Shown: in pieces, positions 43,046 to 51,354 of the stretch
Layout: each line of letters starts with the position of its first letter
Numbering within the stretch: position 1 is the first letter of the stretch
Assembly: GCA_963666365.2 (NCBI GenBank)
Contig: CAXXNF010000001.1
Coordinates: 128,001 to 192,000, forward strand
Origin: Syntrophales bacterium
GTDB lineage: Bacteria; Desulfobacterota; Syntrophia; Syntrophales; UBA2210
Length of the DNA stretch: 64,000 bases
Direction of reading: 5' to 3'
The notes under the pieces: model-generated
Told to the model about the DNA's origin: nothing
Database searches by the model: none
What the model saw: the letters and a program-made list of their open reading frames with translations, nothing else
Made by a program: the position numbers and the translations under genes

Positions 43046-43244
43046 TATACCGTTGAGTGAGGGGAATGTAACAGCGAGGTGGCGGCGATCCCACCTGTGG
43101 CGAGGAGTGTTACGGCAATTAGCCCCACAACAAAGGAAAGATTTGTTGATTCGGCTTAGCAGACATCGTTATTGAGATAACGAGTCTTTTCTTCTAGCAA
43201 TGTTTTTTAATCTTCACCAATAATACAAGCGAGAGGAGGAGCAC

Positions 43245-44210
43245 ATGGAGACAACCAACCGTATCATCGATACAAACGGTATCAAAATGCATATTACCGA
43301 GGCGGGTCAGGGACCGCTGGTTATCCTGTGTCACGGGTTCCCGGAGCTGGGATATTCCTGGAGGCATCAGCTCGTGGCACTCGCAGAAGCGGGATATCAC
43401 GGCGTCGCGCCCGACCAGCGGGGGTATGGTAAAACTGAGTGTCCCGAATCTATTGAATCCTACAAGATATTTGACCTGGTTGGCGACATTGTCGGCCTGG
43501 TGCACGCCCTCGGGGAAGACACGGCCGTCATTGCGGGGCATGACTGGGGTTCGCCGGTGGCCTGGAACTGCGCCCTGTTGAGGCCCGACATATTCCACGC
43601 CCTGATTCTTTTAAGCGTCCCCTATGCGCAACGAATCTGGACCGGTATCAAACCCACCGAAGGGATGCAAAAGATGGCGGGAGACAAAAACTTTTATATC
43701 CTCTACTTTCAGGAACCGGGAAAGGTCGAACAGGAGCTGGAAGCGGATGTCAGGAAATCTATCGTAAGCACATTTTATTCACTTTCGGGTGACGCGCCGC
43801 CGGAAGATCGATGGAAGTTTGCATTCGATAAAGAGCAACGCTTCATGGACACGGCATCGATACCTGCGGCGCTGCCGAACTGGCTCACCGAAAAGGACAT
43901 CGACATATTCACCGAGGCCTTTGAACGGACAGGTTTTCGGGGGGGCGTCAACTGGTACCGGAATATCGATAGAAACTGGGAGCTCTCACCCTTTCTCAGC
44001 GGGGCCATGATTCACCAACCCTCTCTGTTCATCGCCGGAGAGCTGGACGGTGTCATCGCCTTTTCCCGCGGGGCATTTGACCGTCTTGAACAATCCATGC
44101 CCAACCTGAAGGAGAAAGTGCTGATACCGGGGGCCGGGCACTGGATCCAGCAGGAGCGCCCCCAGGAGGTGAACGAACGGATGATACATTTTTTAAAAGA
44201 CATCACATAG
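43245..44210 (+). CDS. Alpha/beta-fold epoxide hydrolase (EphA/sEH-like)
   Basis: HGFPE, GHDWG, lid tyrosines in YILYFQ and NWYRN, GHWIQQE. Confidence 0.9.
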   Translation: METTNRIIDTNGIKMHITEAGQGPLVILCHGFPELGYSWRHQLVALAEAGYHGVAPDQRGYGKTECPESIESYKIFDLVGDIVGLVHALGEDTAVIAGHDWGSPVAWNCALLRPDIFHALILLSVPYAQRIWTGIKPTEGMQKMAGDKNFYILYFQEPGKVEQELEADVRKSIVSTFYSLSGDAPPEDRWKFAFDKEQRFMDTASIPAALPNWLTEKDIDIFTEAFERTGFRGGVNWYRNIDRNWELSPFLSGAMIHQPSLFIAGELDGVIAFSRGAFDRLEQSMPNLKEKVLIPGAGHWIQQERPQEVNERMIHFLKDIT

Positions 44211-44223
44211 AAAGGGGACGACA

Positions 44224-44601
44224 ATGCCTTTTATCATGCCAACTCAGGATCAATTCAAAAAGCTCATGTCCCAGGATTATAAAGGACCGATCGTCATGGT
44301 CAACCTGCTCAAATTCAAGCCCGACGGAGGAGCGGAATCATACCGGAAGTATCAGGAAAACGTTTTGAAGTTGGTGTCGACGAAAGCGATACGGATCACG
44401 CGCATCGTATATCGCGGCACCGGTCTGATGCCGGTCATCGGCGACGAAGAATGGGACGAGATAGCCCTGTATGAGTATCCTTCCATCGACGCCTTTATGG
44501 AAATGAACAGGAACAAGGCCTATCAGGATTCTGTTCACTACCGTACCGAGGCCCTCCTGGATTCGCGACTCTATTGCACTATTCCGGAAGCGGTCGAATA
44601 A
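44224..44601 (+). CDS. DUF1330-family protein, copy A
   Basis: GPIVMVNLLKFK, WDEIALYEYPS, RTEALLDSRL. Confidence 0.8.
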   Translation: MPFIMPTQDQFKKLMSQDYKGPIVMVNLLKFKPDGGAESYRKYQENVLKLVSTKAIRITRIVYRGTGLMPVIGDEEWDEIALYEYPSIDAFMEMNRNKAYQDSVHYRTEALLDSRLYCTIPEAVE

Positions 44602-44624
44602 ATACAAATTACAAGGGAGGAACC

Positions 44625-45686
44625 ATGAACAATTTGGAACTGTACACGAAGTTGGCCGAGCGCCATGACAAGGGGCAACTGGTCGGCGCCCCCATGACCA
44701 AGACGCTCCTGAAGATCTTCATGCACCTGTATACCCCGGAAGAGGCCGAGGTGGCCCTGACGCTTCCCTTCGAGAAGAACCTGTCTCTTAGCGAAGTCAA
44801 CGCCTTGTATCCGGACAAGATCGATCAAATCGAAGCAATACTGGACGGCATGGCAGTGAAAGGCACCGTCTATCGTGACATGAAGCCGGGGAGCGAGAAG
44901 CGGTACCGGCTGCTTCCCTCTCTGGTCGGGTGGCAGGAAACGCCCTTCTGGGGCGGGCAGGAAACCGAACGGACCAAGGCGCTGAGTCCGCTCTACAAGG
45001 AATATCATAAAGAGGCCTTTGCCGCCGAGATGGCCCGGGGCGTGCCGCTGATGCGGGTGATCCCCGTTGATACGTCACTCAAGGAAATTTCCACGATCCT
45101 CCCCTTCGATGTAATCAGGCCCATGGTCGATGCGTCTTCGTATCAGGCGGTAGGTCACTGCCCGTGCCGCGTTATGGCCAGATCCCGAGGCGAAGGCTGT
45201 GACTACTCAACGGAGAACTGCCTCCATTTCGGTAATATGGGGCGGTATATGGTGGCGCATGGCATGGCCAGGGAGATCACAAAAGAAGAAACCATGCAGA
45301 TCGTAAAAGCGGCGGACGACGAAGGGCTGGTCCATATCATCGATAACGTTGACGGGTTCATGCACACCATCTGCAACTGCTGCCCTTGCTGCTGTGCATT
45401 CCTGCGTCCCATCAACGGCAACTGGGGCCTGGACATGCTCTCCTATTCCAATTACCTGGCCGGGGTCGACGGCGATGAGTGTATCGGGTGCGGTGTCTGC
45501 GAGGATCGCTGCCCTATGAGCGCCATCGAGGTCGTCGACGAGGTGGCGCAGGTGAATGAAGCCGTCTGCATCGGCTGCGGGGTCTGTACGGCCACCTGCC
45601 CCACGGAGGCGATCCGTCTCAACCTGAGGAAGGAGGTCAAACCGCCGCCGCAGGTCCATGAATTCGCCGCGGCCAGGTTGAAATAA
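44625..45686 (+). CDS. Poly-Cys 4Fe-4S protein, paralog 3
   Basis: YTPEEA, CPCR, CNCCPCCC, two ferredoxin motifs; GGAGG RBS. Confidence 0.88.
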   Translation: MNNLELYTKLAERHDKGQLVGAPMTKTLLKIFMHLYTPEEAEVALTLPFEKNLSLSEVNALYPDKIDQIEAILDGMAVKGTVYRDMKPGSEKRYRLLPSLVGWQETPFWGGQETERTKALSPLYKEYHKEAFAAEMARGVPLMRVIPVDTSLKEISTILPFDVIRPMVDASSYQAVGHCPCRVMARSRGEGCDYSTENCLHFGNMGRYMVAHGMAREITKEETMQIVKAADDEGLVHIIDNVDGFMHTICNCCPCCCAFLRPINGNWGLDMLSYSNYLAGVDGDECIGCGVCEDRCPMSAIEVVDEVAQVNEAVCIGCGVCTATCPTEAIRLNLRKEVKPPPQVHEFAAARLK

Positions 45687-46138
45687 GCACCCATTGATTC
45701 TTCCGGCACGAGGACAGACCATGCTTTCCGGAAAAGAGCACCATATAATGGAAGGACACGAGTGGAGAACATCATTTAGCCTTAAGACCTGAATGTACAT
45801 TCTCCAATATGAATGGGTGATGGCAAAAAGCATGAATTCTAATGATTTCATGGAAGCGGTAGGGGCATTTATGGAGAAATGCGCTCCGAATTTCACCGAG
45901 ACCTGTTCACCTATCTTTTGTGAAAATGATCAAGAAGAGTCAAAACATGCCGGATGAACAGCGTGAGGCACAGATCAGGGTCGTGACCGGCCATCCCAAC
46001 ACCGAAGAGGAAACCAGGGCCAGGACCTGATATTCTCAATCGCCACCTGGCAGCAGGGACCGCTGGTGATCCTGGTTCACGGGTTTCCCGACCTGATGGT
46101 ACGGTTTTTAACGAATCTTAAATAAAGGAGGAATAACG

Positions 46139-46519
46139 ATGGCTTTTATCATGCCAACTCAGGATCAATTCAAACAGCTCATGTCCCAGGATTATAAAGG
46201 ACCGATCGTCATGGTCAACCTGCTCAAATTCAAGCCCGACGGAGGGGCGGAATCATACCGGAAGTATCAGGAAAACGTTTTGAAGTTGGTGTCGACGAAA
46301 GCGATAAAGCTAACCCGCATCGTGTATCGCGGCAACGGTCTGATGCCGGTCATCGGCGACGAGGAATGGGACGAGATAGCCCTGTATGAGTATCCGTCCA
46401 TCGACGCCTTTATGGAAATGAACAGGAGCAAGGCCTATCAGGATGCCCTTCACTACCGCACCGAGGCCCTCCTGGATTCGCGGCTCTACTGCACCATTCC
46501 CGAAGGGAGTAATACGTGA
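46139..46519 (+). CDS. DUF1330-family protein, copy B (near-identical to copy A)
   Basis: Only a few amino-acid differences from 44224..44601. Confidence 0.8.
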   Translation: MAFIMPTQDQFKQLMSQDYKGPIVMVNLLKFKPDGGAESYRKYQENVLKLVSTKAIKLTRIVYRGNGLMPVIGDEEWDEIALYEYPSIDAFMEMNRSKAYQDALHYRTEALLDSRLYCTIPEGSNT

Positions 46520-46530
46520 ATCCAACTTTT

Positions 46531-46662
46531 GACAGCCTCGTAAAAAGTCAAATTTCGCCTCTTTTGTCATTCCGTGCTTGACACGGAATCCATTTTTTCA
46601 AGAACTTCTGGATACCGACTTTCGCCGGTATGACGACTTGGGGGACTTTTTACGAAACCATC
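46531..46662. mobile_element. MITE-like palindromic element with target duplication
   Basis: IRs (GACAGCC)TCGTAAAAAGTC / GACTTTTTACGA(AACCATC); internal GTCATTCCG..GGAATCCA..TGGATACCG..ATGAC; flanking direct repeat AACTTTT. Confidence 0.75.
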
Positions 46663-46719
46663 AACTTTTTGTTGATACCACATACCATTTGAAGAAAATA
46701 CCATTCGAGGAGGTTTAGT

Positions 46720-47535
46720 ATGTCAAACATGAAAGAATTTCAGGAGGCCGGGCAGACGCTGTATGACAAGATTCACCTGTCCAGTATGCCAATTGCCATC
46801 AAGTACATCAAAGATGTATCGGAGATAGAGGGTGAAAAAATCATGCGCCCCTCGGCCATAGGCGAGGAATGGTCTTTGTGCCAGGGTTTTACCTATGCCC
46901 GCCGCTGGGGTTGGAATGTGGCCATGACCGCTCAGGATAACTTCTGTGTCCCCGGCTCCGCCGGTCTCGGCTGGACGGATATATCCGAAGAGGACCGGTT
47001 TGAGAGTCAGATAAGACAGGGATGGCATAAGGACGCCGATGCGGAACGGCGGGTTTTTGATTTCACCCTGAGATTGTTCGGAGATCAGGTTGAAAAAAGA
47101 AAGGAATATAAAGGGTTCATACTGTCACCCCTACCCAGGACTATCATCGTTCCCGATACGGTTTTGATTTACGGCAATGCGGAACAGATAACCCACATCG
47201 TTCAGGCCCTGGTCTACGAAGGCCGTAATTTCCCGCAATCAGGATACTGGGGCTTTGGGGAATCCTGCATGAAGGGCGGGCTGGCCCCCTTCCTGACCCA
47301 GGTACCCCAGATTGTCATGCCCGGTACGGGAGACCGGACCTTTTCCGGTGTTTTCGACTACGAGATCGCCATCGGCCTGCCGGGGGCGATGATATGTGAC
47401 GCCGTCTCCAACCTGTTTAAAACGGGCGGCCGTTTAAATATGGGGATGCCGGTCAAGACCCTTCTGGCAAGGGGCATCAAGGCCAAGCTGACGCCGGGTT
47501 TTGATTTTTTACGGAAGAAATATGGGAAGGATTGA
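46720..47535 (+). CDS. DUF169 (COG2043)-family protein, paralog 1
   Basis: LCQGFTYARR, DNFCVP, YGNAEQ, GESC, PGTGDR. Confidence 0.8.
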   Translation: MSNMKEFQEAGQTLYDKIHLSSMPIAIKYIKDVSEIEGEKIMRPSAIGEEWSLCQGFTYARRWGWNVAMTAQDNFCVPGSAGLGWTDISEEDRFESQIRQGWHKDADAERRVFDFTLRLFGDQVEKRKEYKGFILSPLPRTIIVPDTVLIYGNAEQITHIVQALVYEGRNFPQSGYWGFGESCMKGGLAPFLTQVPQIVMPGTGDRTFSGVFDYEIAIGLPGAMICDAVSNLFKTGGRLNMGMPVKTLLARGIKAKLTPGFDFLRKKYGKD

Positions 47536-47662
47536 ACACGTTAAACCGATGGCCAGCCGGAGTAGTTATTCCGTGCAAATCCGGACTGTTACACGGAAAA
47601 GCGGAAGGGGGAACGCACGGACGCCCCTCGCTCATACGATATGACATAAGAAGGAGGAAGAC

Positions 47663-48502
47663 ATGGAATTGGAACAATATCGTGAAGTGGGAAATGATTT
47701 GTATCACCGGCTGCATCTGCCTACATACCCGGTGGCGGTCAAGTTCATACAGAGTGAGGATGAGATACCCCCGGAGGCCATCCGGCCCTCAGCAGGCGGT
47801 CAGAAATGGGCGCTCTGCCAGGCCTTCACCTATGCCCGGCGCCATGGCATGCATTCAGCCATGACGGATAAAGACAACTTTTGCGTTCCTTCGTCCGTTT
47901 CAATGGGGTGGGTCGAGGTGCCGATGAAGGGACTGTTCGAGAGTCAGATCCGGCAGGGATGGCATAAGGATCGAGCCGCCGAGAAGCGGAAATTCGATTT
48001 CATCGCGAATACCCTGTACGGCGGCCCGGAAGGTCAGGAGCGCTTATATAAGATGAGTCAGTATATGGGATTCATCTGCTCCCCACTGAACACAACCATC
48101 GTGATACCGGACAGTGTGCTTATCTACGGCGACAACGGACACATCTCCCATCTGATCCAGGCCCTGGTCTACGACTACACCGAACCGGTCACCTCATCAT
48201 TCGAGGGTTTTGGTGAATCCTGCATGAAAGGCGCCCTTCTCCCCTTCATTACCGGAAAGCCGCAGGTCGTCACCCCCGGCATGGGAGACATGGCATTTTC
48301 CGGAACAACGGTCAATGAACTGGCTGTCGGGATCCCCGGCCCGGCTGTGGGTCAGGTGAATGAATATTTGTTCAAGACCGGCGGTCGTCAGAACATGGGA
48401 TTCCCGTTGAAAAGCATGCTGGCCATGGGAGTAACGGAGTCCATAACCCCCGGGTTCAAGTATCTGAGAGAGATTGTGGAGAAGCAGCAGGATAAATCTT
48501 GA
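47663..48502 (+). CDS. DUF169-family protein, paralog 2
   Basis: LCQAFTYARR, DNFCVP, GESC, PGMGD. Confidence 0.8.
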   Translation: MELEQYREVGNDLYHRLHLPTYPVAVKFIQSEDEIPPEAIRPSAGGQKWALCQAFTYARRHGMHSAMTDKDNFCVPSSVSMGWVEVPMKGLFESQIRQGWHKDRAAEKRKFDFIANTLYGGPEGQERLYKMSQYMGFICSPLNTTIVIPDSVLIYGDNGHISHLIQALVYDYTEPVTSSFEGFGESCMKGALLPFITGKPQVVTPGMGDMAFSGTTVNELAVGIPGPAVGQVNEYLFKTGGRQNMGFPLKSMLAMGVTESITPGFKYLREIVEKQQDKS

Positions 48503-48553
48503 AGACAAACGGGCAGCTGTTCCTGTTTTACGCTGGTGCCCAAGGAGACAACC

Positions 48554-49366
48554 ATGAAATCTATTGAGAGTTATCAGGAGGCAGGCCGGGAGATTTGGAA
48601 CGACCTGAGGCTCGCGACCCATCCGGTGACGATAACATATATCAAAGATGAATCTGAAATTCCTGACGACTTTATCCGGCCATCCAAAACAGGAGAGAGC
48701 TGGGCTCTGTGCCAGGCCATCACCTTTGCCCGAAGCAACCGGTTACAAAGCGCCATGACGAAGGAGGATAATTTCTGTGTCCCCAGTTCGTATGGGCAGG
48801 GTTGGTTAAAACTGCCTTATAAGGAATTTGTCGAAAGTCAGATATTAAATCAATGGCGCAAGGACTACGAATCCGAGATGCGCTGTCACTTGGCATCCGG
48901 TGCTGATTATGCCTCCACGGCAAACCTGAAGAAGGCAATGGAACATGTTGGTTTTCTGGTGGCGCCACTTACCAGCACCCCTTTCATACCCGACTCAATC
49001 ATCTTTTACGGTAATCCCGGACAGGTTTCACATATTGTTCAGGCCTTGAGTTATGAGGGAAAACATGTGATCACATCCATCTTCAACGGATTTGGTGAAT
49101 CCTGTTGCAAAGGGGCATTAAAACCGTTTTTAACCGGAACACCTGAAGTTATCCTCCCCGGGGTCGGCGACAAATATGTCTCCGGGACCCAGGATGATGA
49201 AATGGCCGTGAGCATACCCGGCACCCTCTTGTCCGATCTCAAAGAAAACCTGTTTAAGACCGGGGGCGAAGCACTGGAGCAGGGCTATCCTTATAAGAAA
49301 ATCCGAAAGCCCCTTGATCACACCTGGTTGCCCGGGTGGGACTATCTGAAAAAGAAATTCTTTTAG
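48554..49366 (+). CDS. DUF169-family protein, paralog 3
   Basis: LCQAITFAR, DNFCVP, YGNPGQ, GESC, PGVGD. Confidence 0.8.
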   Translation: MKSIESYQEAGREIWNDLRLATHPVTITYIKDESEIPDDFIRPSKTGESWALCQAITFARSNRLQSAMTKEDNFCVPSSYGQGWLKLPYKEFVESQILNQWRKDYESEMRCHLASGADYASTANLKKAMEHVGFLVAPLTSTPFIPDSIIFYGNPGQVSHIVQALSYEGKHVITSIFNGFGESCCKGALKPFLTGTPEVILPGVGDKYVSGTQDDEMAVSIPGTLLSDLKENLFKTGGEALEQGYPYKKIRKPLDHTWLPGWDYLKKKFF

Positions 49367-49446
49367 GGATGGATACAGGGAATGTCAATGGGCTCTGGAG
49401 ATCAGAGCCAGTCGAAAAGGATCATATGTTTGAGGGAGGGATTTTC

Positions 49447-49692
49447 ATGAGAAATTATATTATCGGGCTGTTAACCGGTATCGCTGCAGGGCTCATGTGT
49501 GGTGCCACTCCCCCGCCTGCCTGGTACCTGTCGCTGTTCTTTGTGGCGGGAAGTGGTCTGGTGGCCTTCGGGCTCGATGTCTTTTTCGGATCACGTGAGG
49601 AACATCAATCACGGGCCGCATGGATGGGGTTGACTCTGTTCGGCGTGCCCGGTTTTGTTTTTCTCTCGATTGTGTGGAGATTCGGGTTTTAG
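49447..49692 (+). CDS. rdhB: RdhB-like 3-TM reductive dehalogenase membrane anchor (81 aa)
   Basis: Three hydrophobic segments with a WY...G..L..F...GS.EE...AAWM.L...G.P pattern recalling RdhB anchors; adjacent to rdhA. Confidence 0.7.
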   Translation: MRNYIIGLLTGIAAGLMCGATPPPAWYLSLFFVAGSGLVAFGLDVFFGSREEHQSRAAWMGLTLFGVPGFVFLSIVWRFGF

Positions 49693-49841
49693 GTTTTTCT
49701 TGCCCCTTTTTCCGGGCTGGCGCAGCGTGAAGTTGCCAGCCCCGCGCACATGCCCGTATGCGGGTATTCAAAGTTTGCACTGTAAGGTGACCTGAAAACC
49801 GGGAATGTAGATTCAACAGATCACAAGCAGGAGATATTCAA

Positions 49842-51185
49842 ATGGAAAAAATGACAAGCGATGTGAATAACGGATTCAACGATCCGGCAACCATACCCCA
49901 CGGGTATGTCTATCGAAGTCAAAAGGGGCGCTATCCCTGGTGGGTTAATTCTGTGGATAAAATCACAACGCCGGTGGATGTTTCGACATGGGAGCGCAAG
50001 ACCACCGACATGATTCTGATGACGCAAGTGATGCAGGGCCCCTTGCGTGAGGAAGGTCTTACCAGGCTCGAAAAGGGGCGTGCCCGGATGCTTGAAAAAA
50101 TGCGGAGCAATGCACCGGGCTCAAGAATCCAGGATTTTGCATTGCATTACGCATCGGAAACCTATTTTGCAGCAGGGACCGATATGTTTACATTGAGTCT
50201 TATCATGAAGTTTCTGAAGATTAATGAGATTGTCGGTACGCTGATTCATCCGCCGGATGAGCTCGGCGTTCCCCGCTGGGAGGGATCGGAGAAGGAAGCT
50301 TCAGCGATGGTCGAGGCCGCGGGGATTCACCTGGGGGCATCACAGGTGGGCTTTACGGGTCTCAACCCCTGGTGTCTTGAAGCAAACGTTCACATCAGCA
50401 GTTCCGTTGAAAAGATCAAGACCACCGAAGATGGTCAGGTATTGGTGCCGGAGGATATGAAATACGTAATCGTCCTGGCCGCCCAGGTCCCTATGGAAGC
50501 CCAGTACAGGGCCCCAAGTCAGATCGGTGATGCCGCTGACAGAAGCGGGTATGAAAACCGCCAAATGGCGATGGAGAGAATGATCAATTTTATCCGCGGC
50601 CTGGGCTACAAGGCCAAACCGATACCGGGAATGATACCTCCGGTCATCCCCCTCGCACTTATGGCGGGCCTGGGGGAAATGGGTCGCATGAACCGCCTGA
50701 TTTCACCGCTATATGGGGGCGCTATCCGTCTGGAAGCGCTCGTGACGGACCTGCCTTTGGCTCTGGATAAACCCATAGATTTTGGGTTACAGGAGTTTTG
50801 CAGAGGATGTAAAAAGTGCGCCAGGGCCTGCCCGGCTAATGCTCTCAGCATGGATGATGACCCTTCCTGGGAACCAAAAGGCGTGTATTCCACTCCTGGC
50901 AAGAAGGTCTGGTATGATGACGGTGAGCGCTGTTCAAGCTACAGCGCCAGTACGCATATCTACTGCGGGGCCTGTCTGGGGGCCTGCCCATGGAATAAAG
51001 ACAACAAGACGGCTCTTCACTCGGTGTCCAGGGCAATGGGGGCAACAATGCCGTCTCTGTCCCCGTTTATGGTTTTCATGGATGATCTGTTCGGGTACGG
51101 TCTCGTCCCGGAACAGAGGATGAACGAATGGTGGGACCTGAAACTTCCGAACAAGGGATTCGACAGTAGCAGAACCCGGTCGTGA
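49842..51185 (+). CDS. rdhA: Corrinoid-dependent reductive dehalogenase-family protein lacking a TAT signal
   Basis: PWWV..VD, FIRGLGY, AGLGEMGR, VTDLPL..DKPIDFG, FCRGCKKCARACP, C-x10-CGACLGACPW. Confidence 0.9.
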   Translation: MEKMTSDVNNGFNDPATIPHGYVYRSQKGRYPWWVNSVDKITTPVDVSTWERKTTDMILMTQVMQGPLREEGLTRLEKGRARMLEKMRSNAPGSRIQDFALHYASETYFAAGTDMFTLSLIMKFLKINEIVGTLIHPPDELGVPRWEGSEKEASAMVEAAGIHLGASQVGFTGLNPWCLEANVHISSSVEKIKTTEDGQVLVPEDMKYVIVLAAQVPMEAQYRAPSQIGDAADRSGYENRQMAMERMINFIRGLGYKAKPIPGMIPPVIPLALMAGLGEMGRMNRLISPLYGGAIRLEALVTDLPLALDKPIDFGLQEFCRGCKKCARACPANALSMDDDPSWEPKGVYSTPGKKVWYDDGERCSSYSASTHIYCGACLGACPWNKDNKTALHSVSRAMGATMPSLSPFMVFMDDLFGYGLVPEQRMNEWWDLKLPNKGFDSSRTRS

Positions 51186-51354
51186 TTTCGCTCAGGCCAT
51201 CATCTTTAACTCTACAAAAATTTGATAGTGGCGTTGAACTAAGAATTGAACCAAAAGAGGATCAAAATAGGGAAACGTCAGTGCATTAGCCGTCTCAGGA
51301 AGAGGTGTTTATAAGAAATTACCGATAAAAAAATACGAAATAGGAGGGACTTTT

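Noticed and set aside
44224..46519. Diversity-generating retroelement template/variable repeat pair
   Set aside because: There is no reverse transcriptase in the window and the differences are not confined to adenines; both copies are whole genes.
49693..49841. Possible cobalamin riboswitch before rdhA (GCACTGTAAG, CGGGAA)
   Set aside because: The core B12-box elements are not in the expected order or spacing; only generic hairpins are visible. An Rfam scan would settle it.
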